From Eledone cirrhosa (lineage: Eukaryota): a stretch of 64,000 bases of DNA. Of the stretch, positions 28,992-41,672 are shown piece by piece; within the stretch, counting starts at the first letter, position 1; the number at the start of each line of letters is the position of its first letter. Location: NCBI GenBank assembly GCA_964016885.1, contig OZ024742.1, positions 97,092,001-97,156,000 of the forward strand. Reading direction: 5' to 3'. Under the pieces are notes generated by a model. The model was not told the DNA's origin, did not search any database, and saw nothing but the letters and a program-made list of their open reading frames with translations. Position numbers and translations under genes: made by a program.

Positions 28992-29793
28992 TATATATGC
29001 ATAATTACATCTTCAAAAAGATGCCTCACATTAATTCCCTTTCCCAGAACAGCCTTGAGCAAGAGTCTTTGATGTCATCATGTGTTGTCCAACATTCATT
29101 GAGCATTTTGACCTTCAATCATAATACTTTCTTGATGGTGGGTGAGCAGAAGTGACCAAATTACTACCCGTCTTCACCTCCTGGCTTCCACCTTGCCTCT
29201 TCCTTCTTACCCCAAAAGCCAACAAAAGGACCATTTCTGCCATCTCCCCCATCCTGCGAACTCCAGCCTTCTTCTCCCTACCTTTCATTTCAATGGCAAT
29301 GAGCATTCTCCATATTGAGTGAGCTGGATAAAGCCCTGCAGCCTACCTTGACTGGAAATTGTAAAGCTTTCTCCCTGTATTCCAGCACACATCTTTGATA
29401 CTTGGCACACTTTTCTTTAAAGGCATTGTCACAGGATTATCTTTTTCATCCTTTCAGTACTACAGCTAGCTTCAGGGATTTTTGAACAACACAGAGGAAC
29501 TACAACCAACCTCCCAGGTCAATCATCATATCCCTTGATTGGGCCATTTCTAGATGTGGACTCCAGCCTGTCTGGGCAGACAGTAGACTCACTTCAGTAT
29601 TGACTTGGTCTGGGAAGACCAGTCCAGATCCTACTAGGTAAGAAAGCAGGCTTTAAATGATAATTATGATATATACATACATATATATATATATACACTT
29701 AAATATGTAATTTAATATATATTCATATTTGTAGATGTAAATAAATAAATGTGTATTTGTGTATTTATGCATACATATATATCTGTTTATATA

Positions 29794-29824
<31 letters not shown>

Positions 29825-30237
29825 GCACTCATAAATATTTACACATATACATATATGCATATATATATTAAAAATCTACTTAGTCTCTAAAGACCTCGAA
29901 TATATTCCCCACTCCACCATACTCTATTGGATGTTCTTTCCTTGTTTTCCCTCTTTGACCCATAAGAATCTGCCAATTCCAAATGGAATGTCATACACCA
30001 CTTTTCCAATTACCCCAAAGAATTCTCATTGTAGAGGGAATGCATTACAAGGGTTGAAAGGGGTCAAAGATGAATGACTGCAAACATAAGTTGTGGAATA
30101 TCTTGATAATATGATTGAGTAGGTGTTTGGTGTTTATTTTACAGTTGTTTTTTTTTCTTCACTTATCATTGTATATGTGTGTGTATATATATATTTTTGT
30201 GAATGGGAGTCTCTTTCTCTTTCTTCTCTCTCTCTCT

Positions 30238-30242
30238 ATATA

Positions 30243-30330
<88 letters not shown>

Positions 30331-30350
30331 TATATATATATATATATATT

Positions 30351-30422
<72 letters not shown>

Positions 30423-30551
30423 TATATATATGAATATATATATATATGAATATATATATATGAATATATATATGAATATATATATATATATATATGAATC
30501 TATATATATATATATATATAGTACGTTATTCCGGGTTGAATCGGAGGTAAC

Positions 30552-30580
<29 letters not shown>
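30238..30580. repeat. Interrupted (TA)n tract abutting the Penelope-like element
   Basis: Directly visible. Confidence 0.95.
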
Positions 30581-30589
<9 letters not shown>

Positions 30590-31625
30590 AAGAATCAAAG
30601 AACTGTTCAAAACATTATTGTGCTTACAGCAGGTTTGGATTCTTCGGAGCAATTTATTAATGAATGGACAGTTATATGACCTCCTTTTCAGCCAAGAGAC
30701 ATACCGATACATATGCAAATATTGTGGGTCAACATTCATTACAGAATTTAGAGTGGCAGTACACACTTCGAGATTACATTCATATTAAAAGGTACAATCA
30801 AAAATACAGGTTAAAATACAACATGAAGATAAGCGGTTATATAGTGCAAATGTTATATGTGTGGCAAGCACGTGCGTCTTGTTTATATAGTGTGGCAGAG
30901 AGATACGTGTAGTAGAGGCACTTAGGTAGGTAAACAAGAGTGTTAGGTTGGTTGATCTGGTGGCAAATTCTTTATATGATTGATATAGTCTGTGTGTGGA
31001 GAAATGATATAAGCATTAAAAATAGTGCAAGCATTAAAAATATTAAAAGTATTGGAGATGCATAGCGAAGGGATGGCAAGTACTTCATGTACTTCGACAT
31101 TTTCATGGTCAGGGGAGTGTATTTTTCGATTATATGGCCCTCACATAATCCACGACAATTTGATATTGAGCGTTTGACAATCCAGTTAGAGAATCGTAGT
31201 CTGATGTTCTTTAGTTCAATACGTTTCGTTTCGAGAAACGACATTGAATACCACCCCGAAGTGTGTGTGTGGCTAAGGGGAGTTAATGCATGAGGGGAGG
31301 TAACTCCGGGGTTTCTATACCTAGCTATTGAAATTTGTCTCAATATAGACCCTAATTTCTATGGTTATGCGCAACTTCCAAAAAACTTCTAAAGCATAAA
31401 GTGTTTTAACTATAGAGTAGTTTAATTAAGTTGTGCTGAAGGTGTTCGTATTATTATGGGGAAATAACCCCTATCGTGGGGTGCCACAAATGAATATTAT
31501 AGACGATGAGCGAGGATGCTAAATTAATGATCTCTGTGGTTGTAGTCTACTCATAGGACCAGGCGCGGTGATTCGAGGACCAACTATGGACACGCAAGGA
31601 TACGCACAACAACTTCGACATAACC

Positions 31626-33122
31626 ATGGGATTTAGTGACTCGGCGCAGGTCACTGATTTGGTCGGCCTATACCTTCTCAATGAAATCCATAAGGACCTC
31701 CCTTACCTCAACGGTGGTTTGTACCGCGATGATGCACGTCTACTTATAGAATATAAAAAAATTAATATAGAAAGAACTAGAAAACAATTGCATAAGACAT
31801 TCAAAAACTTTAACCTTAGTATCACCATGGACAAAAACACTAAAAATGTTAACTTCCTAGACGCCACACTATACCTAGACTCAAAAATATATACACCTTT
31901 CCATAAGCCTAACGAAAAACTCATTTACGTAGATACCAAGTCTAATCACTCTAGATCAATATTAAACTCTATCTCTAAGGGGGTGTCCAATAGAATCACT
32001 AGTCTGTCCTATGATGCAAACATATTTAGCAAAAACTCACAATATTACAATCAAGCATTAGCTAGATCCGGCCATAATATAGAAATTGAGTTCCTACCTA
32101 AGAAAACACATAGCTACAACATCATCTCGCACAACATGTCCATGAGGAAACCTAATAATAGGAATAGCAACCACAAGTACACCAAAGCGGAGGGTGCCAC
32201 CGGAAGTAACCATTACCATGGAAACTACTGTGGTGCCTTAGGAAGAAACAACACACCTAACACTAAAAACAAAAATAGAAGAAGAAATAATACATTTTTC
32301 AACCCTCCTTTCAACCTAAATGTCTCCACCAACATACCCAGGGCTTTCTTCTCGCTACTAGATAAAAACTTCCCTCTAGGACACAAGTACCACAACCTTT
32401 TAAACAAAAAAACTATTAAAATCTCATACTCTACGACGCCTAACATAGCATACCACATAGCTAGCAGCAATAAAAGTAAAATTAATTCTTACTTCCAACA
32501 AACAAAATCACAACAGGATGCAAACCTTCTAAATACCTCTGTAGCAAGCAACCATAGTAATGGCAGTAACAATAGAAATAACACTAGTATAAGAAATAAC
32601 ACCGGGGTTGACAACCCGAATGTCCAAAATCCTATAGCTACCACCCAGACTTCTGCACTGCATTATAACCAGCAGACTAACACACAGGATAATTGTAACT
32701 GTAGAGCTAATAGAACCTGCCCTTTAGATAAAAAATGCCTAACCAAGGGTATCATATACTCATGCACCGTCACAACTAGCAACTCTTCAGAAACCTATGT
32801 AGGCTCCACTTCTAACTGCTTCAAAATCAGATATAATTCGCACATCCACTCGTTCAAAAAGCACAGCCTAGCCAACTCCACCTCACTTTCTAGCTACATA
32901 CACTATCTAACAACTAAAAATAAACCATACACACTCAAATGGGAAGTGATAGGCAGCGCGACCTCGTACAAACCACCTAATAAATTTTGTAACCTCTGTA
33001 TACTAGAGACCCACAATATTATCTTCTCCAACCGTAACCTACTTAACAAAAAATCTGAGGTATTTGCAACTTGCCAGCACCGCTTCAGACATTCCTTCCA
33101 AAACTTTAAGCCCAATATATAG
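31626..33122 (+). CDS. PLE polyprotein C-terminal part: RT palm/thumb, Cys linker, GIY-YIG endonuclease (N-terminus lost; the frame begins at ~31575)
   Basis: FDITMG..LVGLYLL..GLYRDD, VNFLD, FNPPF, IKISYS, CNCRANRTCPLDKKC, GIIY..YVGST..FKIRYNSH, CNLC..E..LLNKKSE..CQH; 498 uninterrupted codons. Confidence 0.92.
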   Translation: MGFSDSAQVTDLVGLYLLNEIHKDLPYLNGGLYRDDARLLIEYKKINIERTRKQLHKTFKNFNLSITMDKNTKNVNFLDATLYLDSKIYTPFHKPNEKLIYVDTKSNHSRSILNSISKGVSNRITSLSYDANIFSKNSQYYNQALARSGHNIEIEFLPKKTHSYNIISHNMSMRKPNNRNSNHKYTKAEGATGSNHYHGNYCGALGRNNTPNTKNKNRRRNNTFFNPPFNLNVSTNIPRAFFSLLDKNFPLGHKYHNLLNKKTIKISYSTTPNIAYHIASSNKSKINSYFQQTKSQQDANLLNTSVASNHSNGSNNRNNTSIRNNTGVDNPNVQNPIATTQTSALHYNQQTNTQDNCNCRANRTCPLDKKCLTKGIIYSCTVTTSNSSETYVGSTSNCFKIRYNSHIHSFKKHSLANSTSLSSYIHYLTTKNKPYTLKWEVIGSATSYKPPNKFCNLCILETHNIIFSNRNLLNKKSEVFATCQHRFRHSFQNFKPNI

Positions 33123-34563
33123 CAATATCGGACTTGAACCAAACACCACACCTAGCATCAAACACCAGGGCACACCTTATACAACATACCCAACACTAAC
33201 TGATCTAATATAACACAAACAACGACATCCCTCTGGAACCCTTCGCAGGGAGAATACCCATTTATACCTCTACGTCAGGTGCGACAACATCCACCCACTT
33301 GAACTGCACTACACCGCTCTATGGGTAATTTGAGCATGAATTGATTGGTTTGGTGGTGTTGTGCGGAGGAAGTGCCTTCCTTAGACAGATGAAAAACGAT
33401 TTAATCTCGTAACGCTGTTGAGCAGTAGGACCGGACGCTGAGCGCAGAGAATGAATGTATTGCAACTGGCGTGCGGGTTGTACATATATAGATGATTTGG
33501 CGGTCTGAGAGGGGTCGTGAGGACTGCGGATTGACCTCTGGCCGGACCTGGTGATGATTATCTTTCGACGTCCAATGTAGCAAGCGATGACCCAGAACTT
33601 ACCAGAGATCATTGTGTCTTGAAGTGATTCTGCAATCACCGCGCCTGGTCCTATGAGTAGACTACAACCACAGAGATCATTAATTTAGAATCCTCGCTCA
33701 TCGTCTATAATATTCATTTGTGGCACCCTACGATGGGGGTAATTTCACCATAATAATACGAACACCTTCAGCACAACTTAATTAAACTACTCTATAGTTA
33801 AAACACTTTATGCTTTAGACATTTTTTGGAAGTTGCGCATAACCATAGAAATTAGGGTCTATATTGAGACACATTTCAATAGCTAGGTATAGAAACCCCG
33901 GAGTTACCTCCCCTCATGCATTAACTCCCCTTAGCCACACACACACTTCCGGGTGGTATTCAATGTCGTTTCTCGAAACGTAACAGCCTCCTGTATTGAA
34001 CTAAAGAACATCAGACTACGATTCCCTAACTGGATTGTCAAACGCTGAATATCGAATTGTCGTGGATTATGTGAGGGGCATATAATCGAAAAATACACTC
34101 CCCTGACCATGAAAATGTCGAAGTACATGAAGTACTTGCCATCCCTTCGCTGTGCATCTCCAATACTTTTAATATTTTTAATGCTTGCACTATTTTTAAT
34201 GCTTATATCATTTCTCCACACACAGACTATATCAATCATATAAATAATTTGCAACCAGATCAACCAACCTAACACTCTTGTTTACCTACCTAAGTGCCTC
34301 TACTACACGTATCTCTCTGCCACACTATATAAACAAGAAGCACGTGCTTGCCACACATATAACATTTGCACTATATAACCGCTTATCTTCATGTTGTATT
34401 TTAACCTGTATTTTTGATTGTACCTTTTAATATGAATGTAATCTCGAAGTGTGTACTGCCACTCTAAATTCTGTAATGAATGTTGACCCACAATATTTTC
34501 ATATGTATCGGTATGTCTCTTGGCTGAAAAGGAGGTCATATAACTGTCCATTCATTAATAAAT

Positions 34564-34610
34564 TGCTCCGAAGAATCCAAACCTCGATTTGGAGGAAACA
34601 GCTGTAAGCA
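34564..34610 (+). ncRNA. PLE-associated type I hammerhead motif (C at position 4)
   Basis: TGCT-CCGAAGA-A-TCCAAA-CCTCGA-TTTGGA-G-GAAA-CAGCTG-TA^AGCA. The inverted copy at ~30622-30651 has lost GAAA by deletion. Confidence 0.75.
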
Positions 34611-34814
34611 CAATAATGTTTTGAACAGTTCTTTGATTCTTATATTTCATATAACTGCTCTGTAAATCATCTGATGTTTTTACATTGAGCTACTTAACTT
34701 ACTGGTAATAAGGTAGTAATACATTACTGCCTACCACTATTTAGGGTTTGTATAAAAAATACATATAACTGCATAAGGTTTTTGTATTTACATAAACATA
34801 AATAGTATAATTAA

Positions 34815-34905
<91 letters not shown>

Positions 34906-34944
34906 TATATACATATATATATATATACATATGAATATATATAT

Positions 34945-35685
34945 ATTATCATCATTACCATTTTACGCCCATTCTTCCACACTAGCATGGGTTGGACAGG
35001 TTGTCCTGTTTTGGGCAGTGTCCGGTCGGCTGACAATGCCTTGCTCATACGGGAACTGATTCTGGCTTGGTTTCTACAGCTGGATGCCCTTCCTAACACC
35101 AACCTCATTTAAAGTAAGTGCTGGGTGCTTTTTTCCATGGCGCCTACATGTCCATTTTACAGTGTGGGCTGGGTGCTTTTTTGCCGTGGCACCTCCACGA
35201 CCACTTTGCAGTGGGAGAGTGTGGGGGCATATTGTCTATATGCTTCCGCTTCGGCTTGTACCCGTTACTGCGTGACGCCAGAGGTTACGGTCGTGTGTCA
35301 TTGCCTTTGAGGAGTGTAATTAGGTAAGGTTGGCTTTTATCACCTCATCCCAGGTCTTCTTGGGTTTCTCCACTCCGCGGTTTCCATCGACTTCTACTGC
35401 TCTGCACCTTTTTATGCAGCTGTCATAATTCATACACATCAGATGTCCATACCAACGCAACGGTATCTCCTGCACACAGCATGTGATTCCTCTTATGCTC
35501 AGTCTCTCTCTCAACTCCTTCATGCTTTGCCGTCCGCGTATATTACAATTACACATCCTTCGGAGCATGCAGGATTTGTTTCTTTCTAATCTACGCAAGT
35601 ATTCCAAAGACAGCGCCCAGGTCTCACTACTATGTAACATTGCTATTTGTATACACGCATCATACAGTCTGACTCTCATTTTCAG
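34945..35685 (-). mobile_element. 3' fragment of RTE LINE plus UTR sharing the SINE family 1 tail
   Basis: LKMRVRLYDAC..LHSSETW..LRWYGHL..KPKKTWDEVI (35320-35685), followed by the SINE-shared sequence. Confidence 0.88.
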
Positions 35686-35982
35686 GAAAAAAAATATATA
35701 TATATATAAAATATATATATATATATTCATATATATATATAAATGAATATGTATATATAAGTATGTACACGTACATACATATATGTATACAGACGTACAG
35801 TAGTATGTATATATATATACATACATGCACACATATATATATGTACGTATGGAGTCACCGAACATTTATTATAATGCTCGATGTGTTTGTAAACAAACAT
35901 CCCGTATTAAGCCATAGTGTCTAGCAACCATCGTTGCTCATTTGCTCAACACTGACAAAGGAACGCTGTACTAGTTTCAAGC

Positions 35983-36025
<43 letters not shown>

Positions 36026-36077
36026 TCATTTATATATATATTCATATATATATATTCATATATATATTCATATAGAT

Positions 36078-37620
36078 GTATCATCATCATTATCCTCATC
36101 ATCTTCGTTTAACGTCCATCTTCCATGCTGGCATGAGTTAGACGGGAGTTGTCCCACTTGAGGCAAGGTTGGTCGGGTGACTGTGTCTCGCTCATATAGG
36201 ACTATCTACGGCTGGATGCCCTTCCTAACACCAACCACATTTACAGTGTGGACTCGGAAATTGTTACCGTGTTACCTACACGGCCACATTACAGCGTGGA
36301 CTGTGTGTTTTTTGTCATGACACCTACACTATCGCGATCTCATTATCTCATTTATTTGTACTGGATGTTGTGGTACCAAGTTTACAGAGAGAGGGAGGTG
36401 TTGGTGGGAGTGGAAGGATAGAGTAGGGGTCGTGGATTGGGGTGTATATTTGGTTACGAGGTGTCTAATGACACTAGGTTTCACTTTGTACATAGGCAAG
36501 GTGGGTCTTCTGTATTACTGCGTAGCGCCAAAGATCTTGGTCCACTGACATTATGTTAGAGAGGTGCAAGTGTTTAAGGTCGGAATTTATCAAATCGTCC
36601 CAGGTTTTTCTGGGTCTACCTACTCTGTAACTTCCATCAATTTTGATAACCCTGCACTTTTTATACAGCTGTCGTCTTTCATGTGCATCACGTGACCATA
36701 CCAACGTAGTCTTCTCTCAAGTAAACAGTATCTGATCCTTCTTATTCCTAATTTTTCACTTAGTTCATTTATGCTTTGCCGTTCACATATATTACTATTA
36801 CACATCCAACAGAGCATGCATGCTTCATTCCTTTCTAGTCTGTGCAGGCCCTCTGCACGCAATGCCCATGTCTCACTGCCATGTAGCATTGCTGTTCCTA
36901 TACAGGCATCATACAATCTGCCTTTCATTTTTAGAGAGAAACCTATTGTGGCCAACGGCGGTATAAGCTCTCTGAACTATTTCCATCCTGTTCTGACTCT
37001 GGCTACTGTACTTTCAGAGCACCCTCCACCACTGCTGATTTTGTCACCCAGGTAACGGAAAGTGTCCACTATTTCTATAGAACCATCTTGGCAATAGAAG
37101 GAGCTAGTGTCCTGTGGGCACTAGTTACTTATTGCACCTGAGCATCGGCCGCATATAAAATCTACGTTCTTAGACAGTTTACCTGTGATCCCATTACATC
37201 TTTTATGTACCCATAGTTTGTATTTGGGACATAAAATGGAATTTCTACCTACTCCTTTCCTACAGTGAGCATGGCCATTTCCCTGAGGGCACCTGTGCTC
37301 TATTTTTCTTTCTACAAACTAGAACTTTAGTCTTAGACAAGTTAACTTTAATGACTTTTGATTCTAGGCCATGTTTGGAATTTCTTCTCTAGTTCAGTCA
37401 TAGATTCAGCTATGAGAGTTAGATCATTTGCGTATAGGAGTTCCCATGGGCAGCCAGTCTTAAACTCCTCTGTTATAGCCCGAAGGGCAATAATAAATAG
37501 GAGGAGGCTAAGGACAGAGCCATGATGAACACCAACTTTTACACTAAATTCTTCACTATATTCATTGTTAATTCTAACCTTACTGACTGTTTCTTTATAC
37601 ATGACTTGTATAGATAATGG
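36078..37620 (-). mobile_element. RTE LINE fragment (RT C-half, PHD-like finger, thumb, UTR)
   Basis: VGVHHGSVLS, WELLYANDL, LWVHKRC, MLHGSETW, GRPRKTW; close relative of 27745-28902. Confidence 0.92.
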
Positions 37621-37621
37621 A

Positions 37622-37877
37622 GCGTGGTTTTGTCTTTGCGTGTAATTGTTCTCCACGCTCCTTATAATGACGTATTATCTTCGTTTATTTTCGTTCTTTG
37701 TCATGGAACGCTTCCACGAACCAAAGTATCGTCTTCCTGTCTTCCTTCGGTTGCAACGTTTTTCGAAATATTTACTTCTGCGTTCACAGATTGCTTTTTT
37801 TTAGTTTCAGAGCATCCCCTTAAGGGTGGAAGCAGCGATTCTTTGCTTAAACTTTAATCTGTTATTTTAATAAATAA

Positions 37878-37882
<5 letters not shown>
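37622..37882 (+). mobile_element. Fragment of the CAGAAGA-hammerhead repeat family
   Basis: Co-linear with 56410-56640; degenerate HHR at ~37803-37853; ends in (TA)n. Confidence 0.75.
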
Positions 37883-37950
<68 letters not shown>

Positions 37951-37953
<3 letters not shown>

Positions 37954-38460
37954 CAACTCACATAATTTTCGGCAGACAGGGAGAGTAGTGAGTTTTGATA
38001 AGTACCAAAAAGTACGAAACAGAGCTGTGAACTTATCTCCCCCTGTCTGCCGAAAATTTAAGTAAGCGACAATGTCGCTACTTTAAAACAATTGCATATA
38101 GTCTTCAAAATATTTTTAATTAAGCATACAGTGTATTGCAAAATACACTATATATACATTCATATATAAATCGCTATTTCAGAGCACCAATTCTAATTAT
38201 CAATTTCTGCTGGGCCGGCGACCGCTTGTAAAATCAGTTCCCGATTGTTACTGGAATTCTATAAGAATCCAACACACATAATTTTCGGCAGATAGGGAGA
38301 GTAGTGAGTTTTGATACGTACCAAAAAGTACGAAACAGAGCTGTCAACTCATCTCCCCCTGTCTGCCGAAAACTTTAGTAAGCGACAATGTCGCTACTTT
38401 GAAACAATAGCGTATAATTACGCAAACAGTGTATTGCAAAATACACTATATATACATTCA
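37951..38460 (+). mobile_element. ~1.6 tandem copies of a 316-bp hammerhead repeat (sister family of the 310-bp array)
   Basis: GGCAGA recurs at 37971 and 38287; HHR motifs at 37989-38035 and 38305-38351; 38100-38243 is homologous to the 310-bp unit; (TA)n on both sides. Confidence 0.85.
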
Positions 38461-38484
38461 TATATATATATGTATATATATATA

Positions 38485-38535
<51 letters not shown>

Positions 38536-39189
38536 ATGTTGGTGTTACATAAGAATATAGTTGGCTTTTGACTTTTCTCTATGTATCTGTAAAAATTCCA
38601 ACTTATCCCAGCCATCCATAGGTTATTTCATTTCTACAGGTATTTATGTCCACACTTTGAAAATGTTCTGTATACATTATTATTCACTTATTTTTCCCAT
38701 TTTATATTTCAGCTATTTTCGAAATAAACCACATTGTATATTCTCTCCCCCCCCCCCTCTTTCTCCAACTCTCTACATATTTGAACTCTTCCCAATCAAT
38801 CTATCCTTTGGTCGGTGACTGTCTTCAAAATTCTCACACATTCGCCTTATCGAATATGCCTACTTGTATCTGCTTATTTTGCCCTGAATCTTAAACAACA
38901 ATATGCGCCATGATGGCTACCTATCTCACCATTCCCCTGCCGCCTTCCCACACACACCACCATAGACTCTTCGATCAATCAAACCACAGCAACATATCCT
39001 CACACATTATCTTCACCAACAAATTCTTCCATTTCTACTACCAAATTCTATTTTATCGTTATCTATGGATGAGCTGAAGAAGATAGAACAACCCGAATAG
39101 ATAAATGAATATGAATCCACGAGTTACCAAGCATCCATGTGAAGCTTTAATTTGGAGACAGAAAGCATACACACTCCCCCGCAAAAATT

Positions 39190-41672
39190 CCCCCTCTCCC
39201 ACCAGTGACGGCAAATGCCCAAAATTCCGAGTTGGCACCATCAATGTGAGCACAATGAAAAGAAGAGCAGGAGAAATCGTAGATATGTTAGAGCGAAAGG
39301 AAATTGATACATACTGTGTGAAAGAGACTAGATGGAGAGGAGAGTCTGTTAGAGTACTTGAAGGCAAAAATCAGTGATACAAACTTTTCTGGGTGGGAAA
39401 TGACAACGGTTTGGATGGTGTAGGTATACTATTAACTACCAAATTGGTAGATCAGCTGATCTCAGTGAACAGTGTGAATGCAAAAATCATTAAACTTAGA
39501 CTAATCCCGAATAAAATAGTTTCTACAATTATATCAGCTTACACACCCCAAGCTGGGTTGCCAGACGAACTTAAGGATAGGTTTTATGAGTCCTTAATGC
39601 ACGCTACTACCCTAACAAACAACAATGACTTCCTAATCATTGCAGGAGTCTTTAACGGCCATGTTGCAAAACACAGTGACAGCGTCTATAGAGTCCATGG
39701 AGGCCACGGGTTTGGCACAAGAAACGAAAAATGCTTCAGGCTTCTAGAATTCTGTGACGCCAATGACATGTCGATATGTAACACAAACTTCACAAATACC
39801 GACAACCACCTGATCAACCCTAGATCAGGGGAGCATTCTAGTCAGATACATTTTATCCTTATCAGAGGACGAGATAGATGGATGGTTGTAAACACAAACA
39901 CCTTCTCTGGTGAGGAATGTACCTGCGACCTCTTTGTCAGAACTAGAGGAACATGGAAACAAAAGGCAACTTGGAGAAGAAAGATCTGGTTGCTGAAAGA
40001 CTCCTCAGCCAGTAACAGATTTAAAGATATCTTACGCGACGCCTATGACAGTAAAGAAGAACAGGAGTTCCTAAAATATAACTTGCTAAAGGCGACTAAC
40101 GAGATCTGTTGTTGGAGAAGGAGAGTGACTTGGTGGAGGAACAAAAGGTAGCGAGGCAATTAAGGCTAAGAGACAGGCATGGAAATAATGGAAGAATGGG
40201 GGAAGCAGGGTACATTACATAGAGATCAGGAGGGAAGCTAGGCGATAAGTATACTTAGCTAGAAGGGAAGCAAGAATTTTTTGCAGCATGAGGACCACAA
40301 ATAGGAGGTGTTCAGAATTGCAAGGCAGTGTGTTAGAAAAAATTGTTATGTCATTGGAGAGAAGTTTGTCCGAGATGATAAAGGTGATCTTGCCCTCACA
40401 AGTCCCGAGAAGAAAGCTGCTTGGAAGAGTCATTATGAAAGATTACTGAATGAGGAGAATGCATGGGAGAAAAAGACTCTACACCAAGTGGGCTTTATAG
40501 AGGCCCAGTAATACAAGTCTGCAGCAGTATAGTAAGTAAAGCAATTAAGGATATGAAGACTGGGAAAGCAGTCTGTCCATCTGGTATAGCTGCCGAGATT
40601 CTGAAAGCATCTGGGTCGGTAGGTCACACCATAACCACACGTATTGTTAAAAAAGTAATACTAGTGGGCATCATACCAAATGATTGGCACAACAGCATCA
40701 TTGTCAACTGCTACAAGGGTAAAGGAGATGCACTAGATAGAGGAAAATATAGAGGTATAAAGCTGGTGGACCAGGTCATGAAAGTAACGGAAAGAGTTAT
40801 AGTACAGCTGATTAGGGACAGGGTAAATCTAGATGAGATGCAGCTTGGGTTAGTGCCAGGCAAAAGCACCACTGATGCTCTCTTTCTTGTGAGGCAGTTA
40901 CAGGAAAAGTACCTAGCTAAAAGTAAGCCACTCTACCTAGAATTTGTGGATCTGGAAAAAGCCTTCAACAGAGTGCCCCGTGCCATAATCTGGTGGGTTC
41001 AAAGAAAACTAGGAGTAGATGAATGGCTTGTGAAAGCAGTACAAGCCATGTACAGTTAGGGTTAACAATAAATATAGTGAGGAATTTAGAGTATATGTCA
41101 GTGTCCATCAGGGCTCTGTTCATAGCCCTTTCCTGTTTCTTATTGTAAACAGAGAAGTTTAAGACTGGATGCCCATGGGAACTTCTGTACGTGGATGATG
41201 TTACACTTATAGCTGAATCTATGGTAGAACTAGAGAAGAAATTCCAAATATGGAAGCAGGGGTCTCAAAGTCAACCTGACAAAGACTAGGGTCCTCATAA
41301 GTAGATGAGTAAACTGAATCCAGATCCCCTCAGAGAAACGACCTTGCTCAGTATGTAGGAAACGTGTCGGTAGAAATTCCATCCTCTGCCCCAAATGCAA
41401 ACTATGGGTATACAAGAGATGTGGTGAGATCTCAGGAATATTTGTTAAGAACGCAGCCTTTACATGTAGCAGTTGCACCAAGACAGTAAGCAGCAAACGG
41501 CCACAGGAAACACACACCACCAAATTCTGGGCGGGCTCTGTAGAGACAGTAGACAGCTTCTGCTACCTAGGTGACTGAATTAGCAGCGGAGGTGCATGTT
41601 CTGAAAGTACAGTAACTAGGGTAAGTATGGGATGGAAGAAGTTCAAGAAGATACCACCTTTACTAACTGCAG
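39190..41672 (+). mobile_element. Decayed RTE LINE: APE endonuclease, RT and PHD-like finger; 3'-truncated
   Basis: VGTINVSTM..VKETRWRG, ISAYTPQ, GVFNGHV (APE); YRGIKL, FVDLEKAFNRVP, ELLYVDD (RT); many stops and frameshifts. Confidence 0.93.

Larger units (their letters stand above)
30579..34815 (+). mobile_element. Penelope-like retroelement (PLE), 5'-truncated, with ~1-kb inverted repeats (30579-31573 and 33634-34653)
   Basis: RT + GIY-YIG ORF; near-identical inverted arms; hammerhead motif near the 3' end; (TA)n on both flanks. Confidence 0.93.

Noticed and set aside
31626-33122. Selenoprotein read-through, as reported for some Naiad PLEs
   Set aside because: No in-frame TGA in the surviving ORF, which ends in TAG.
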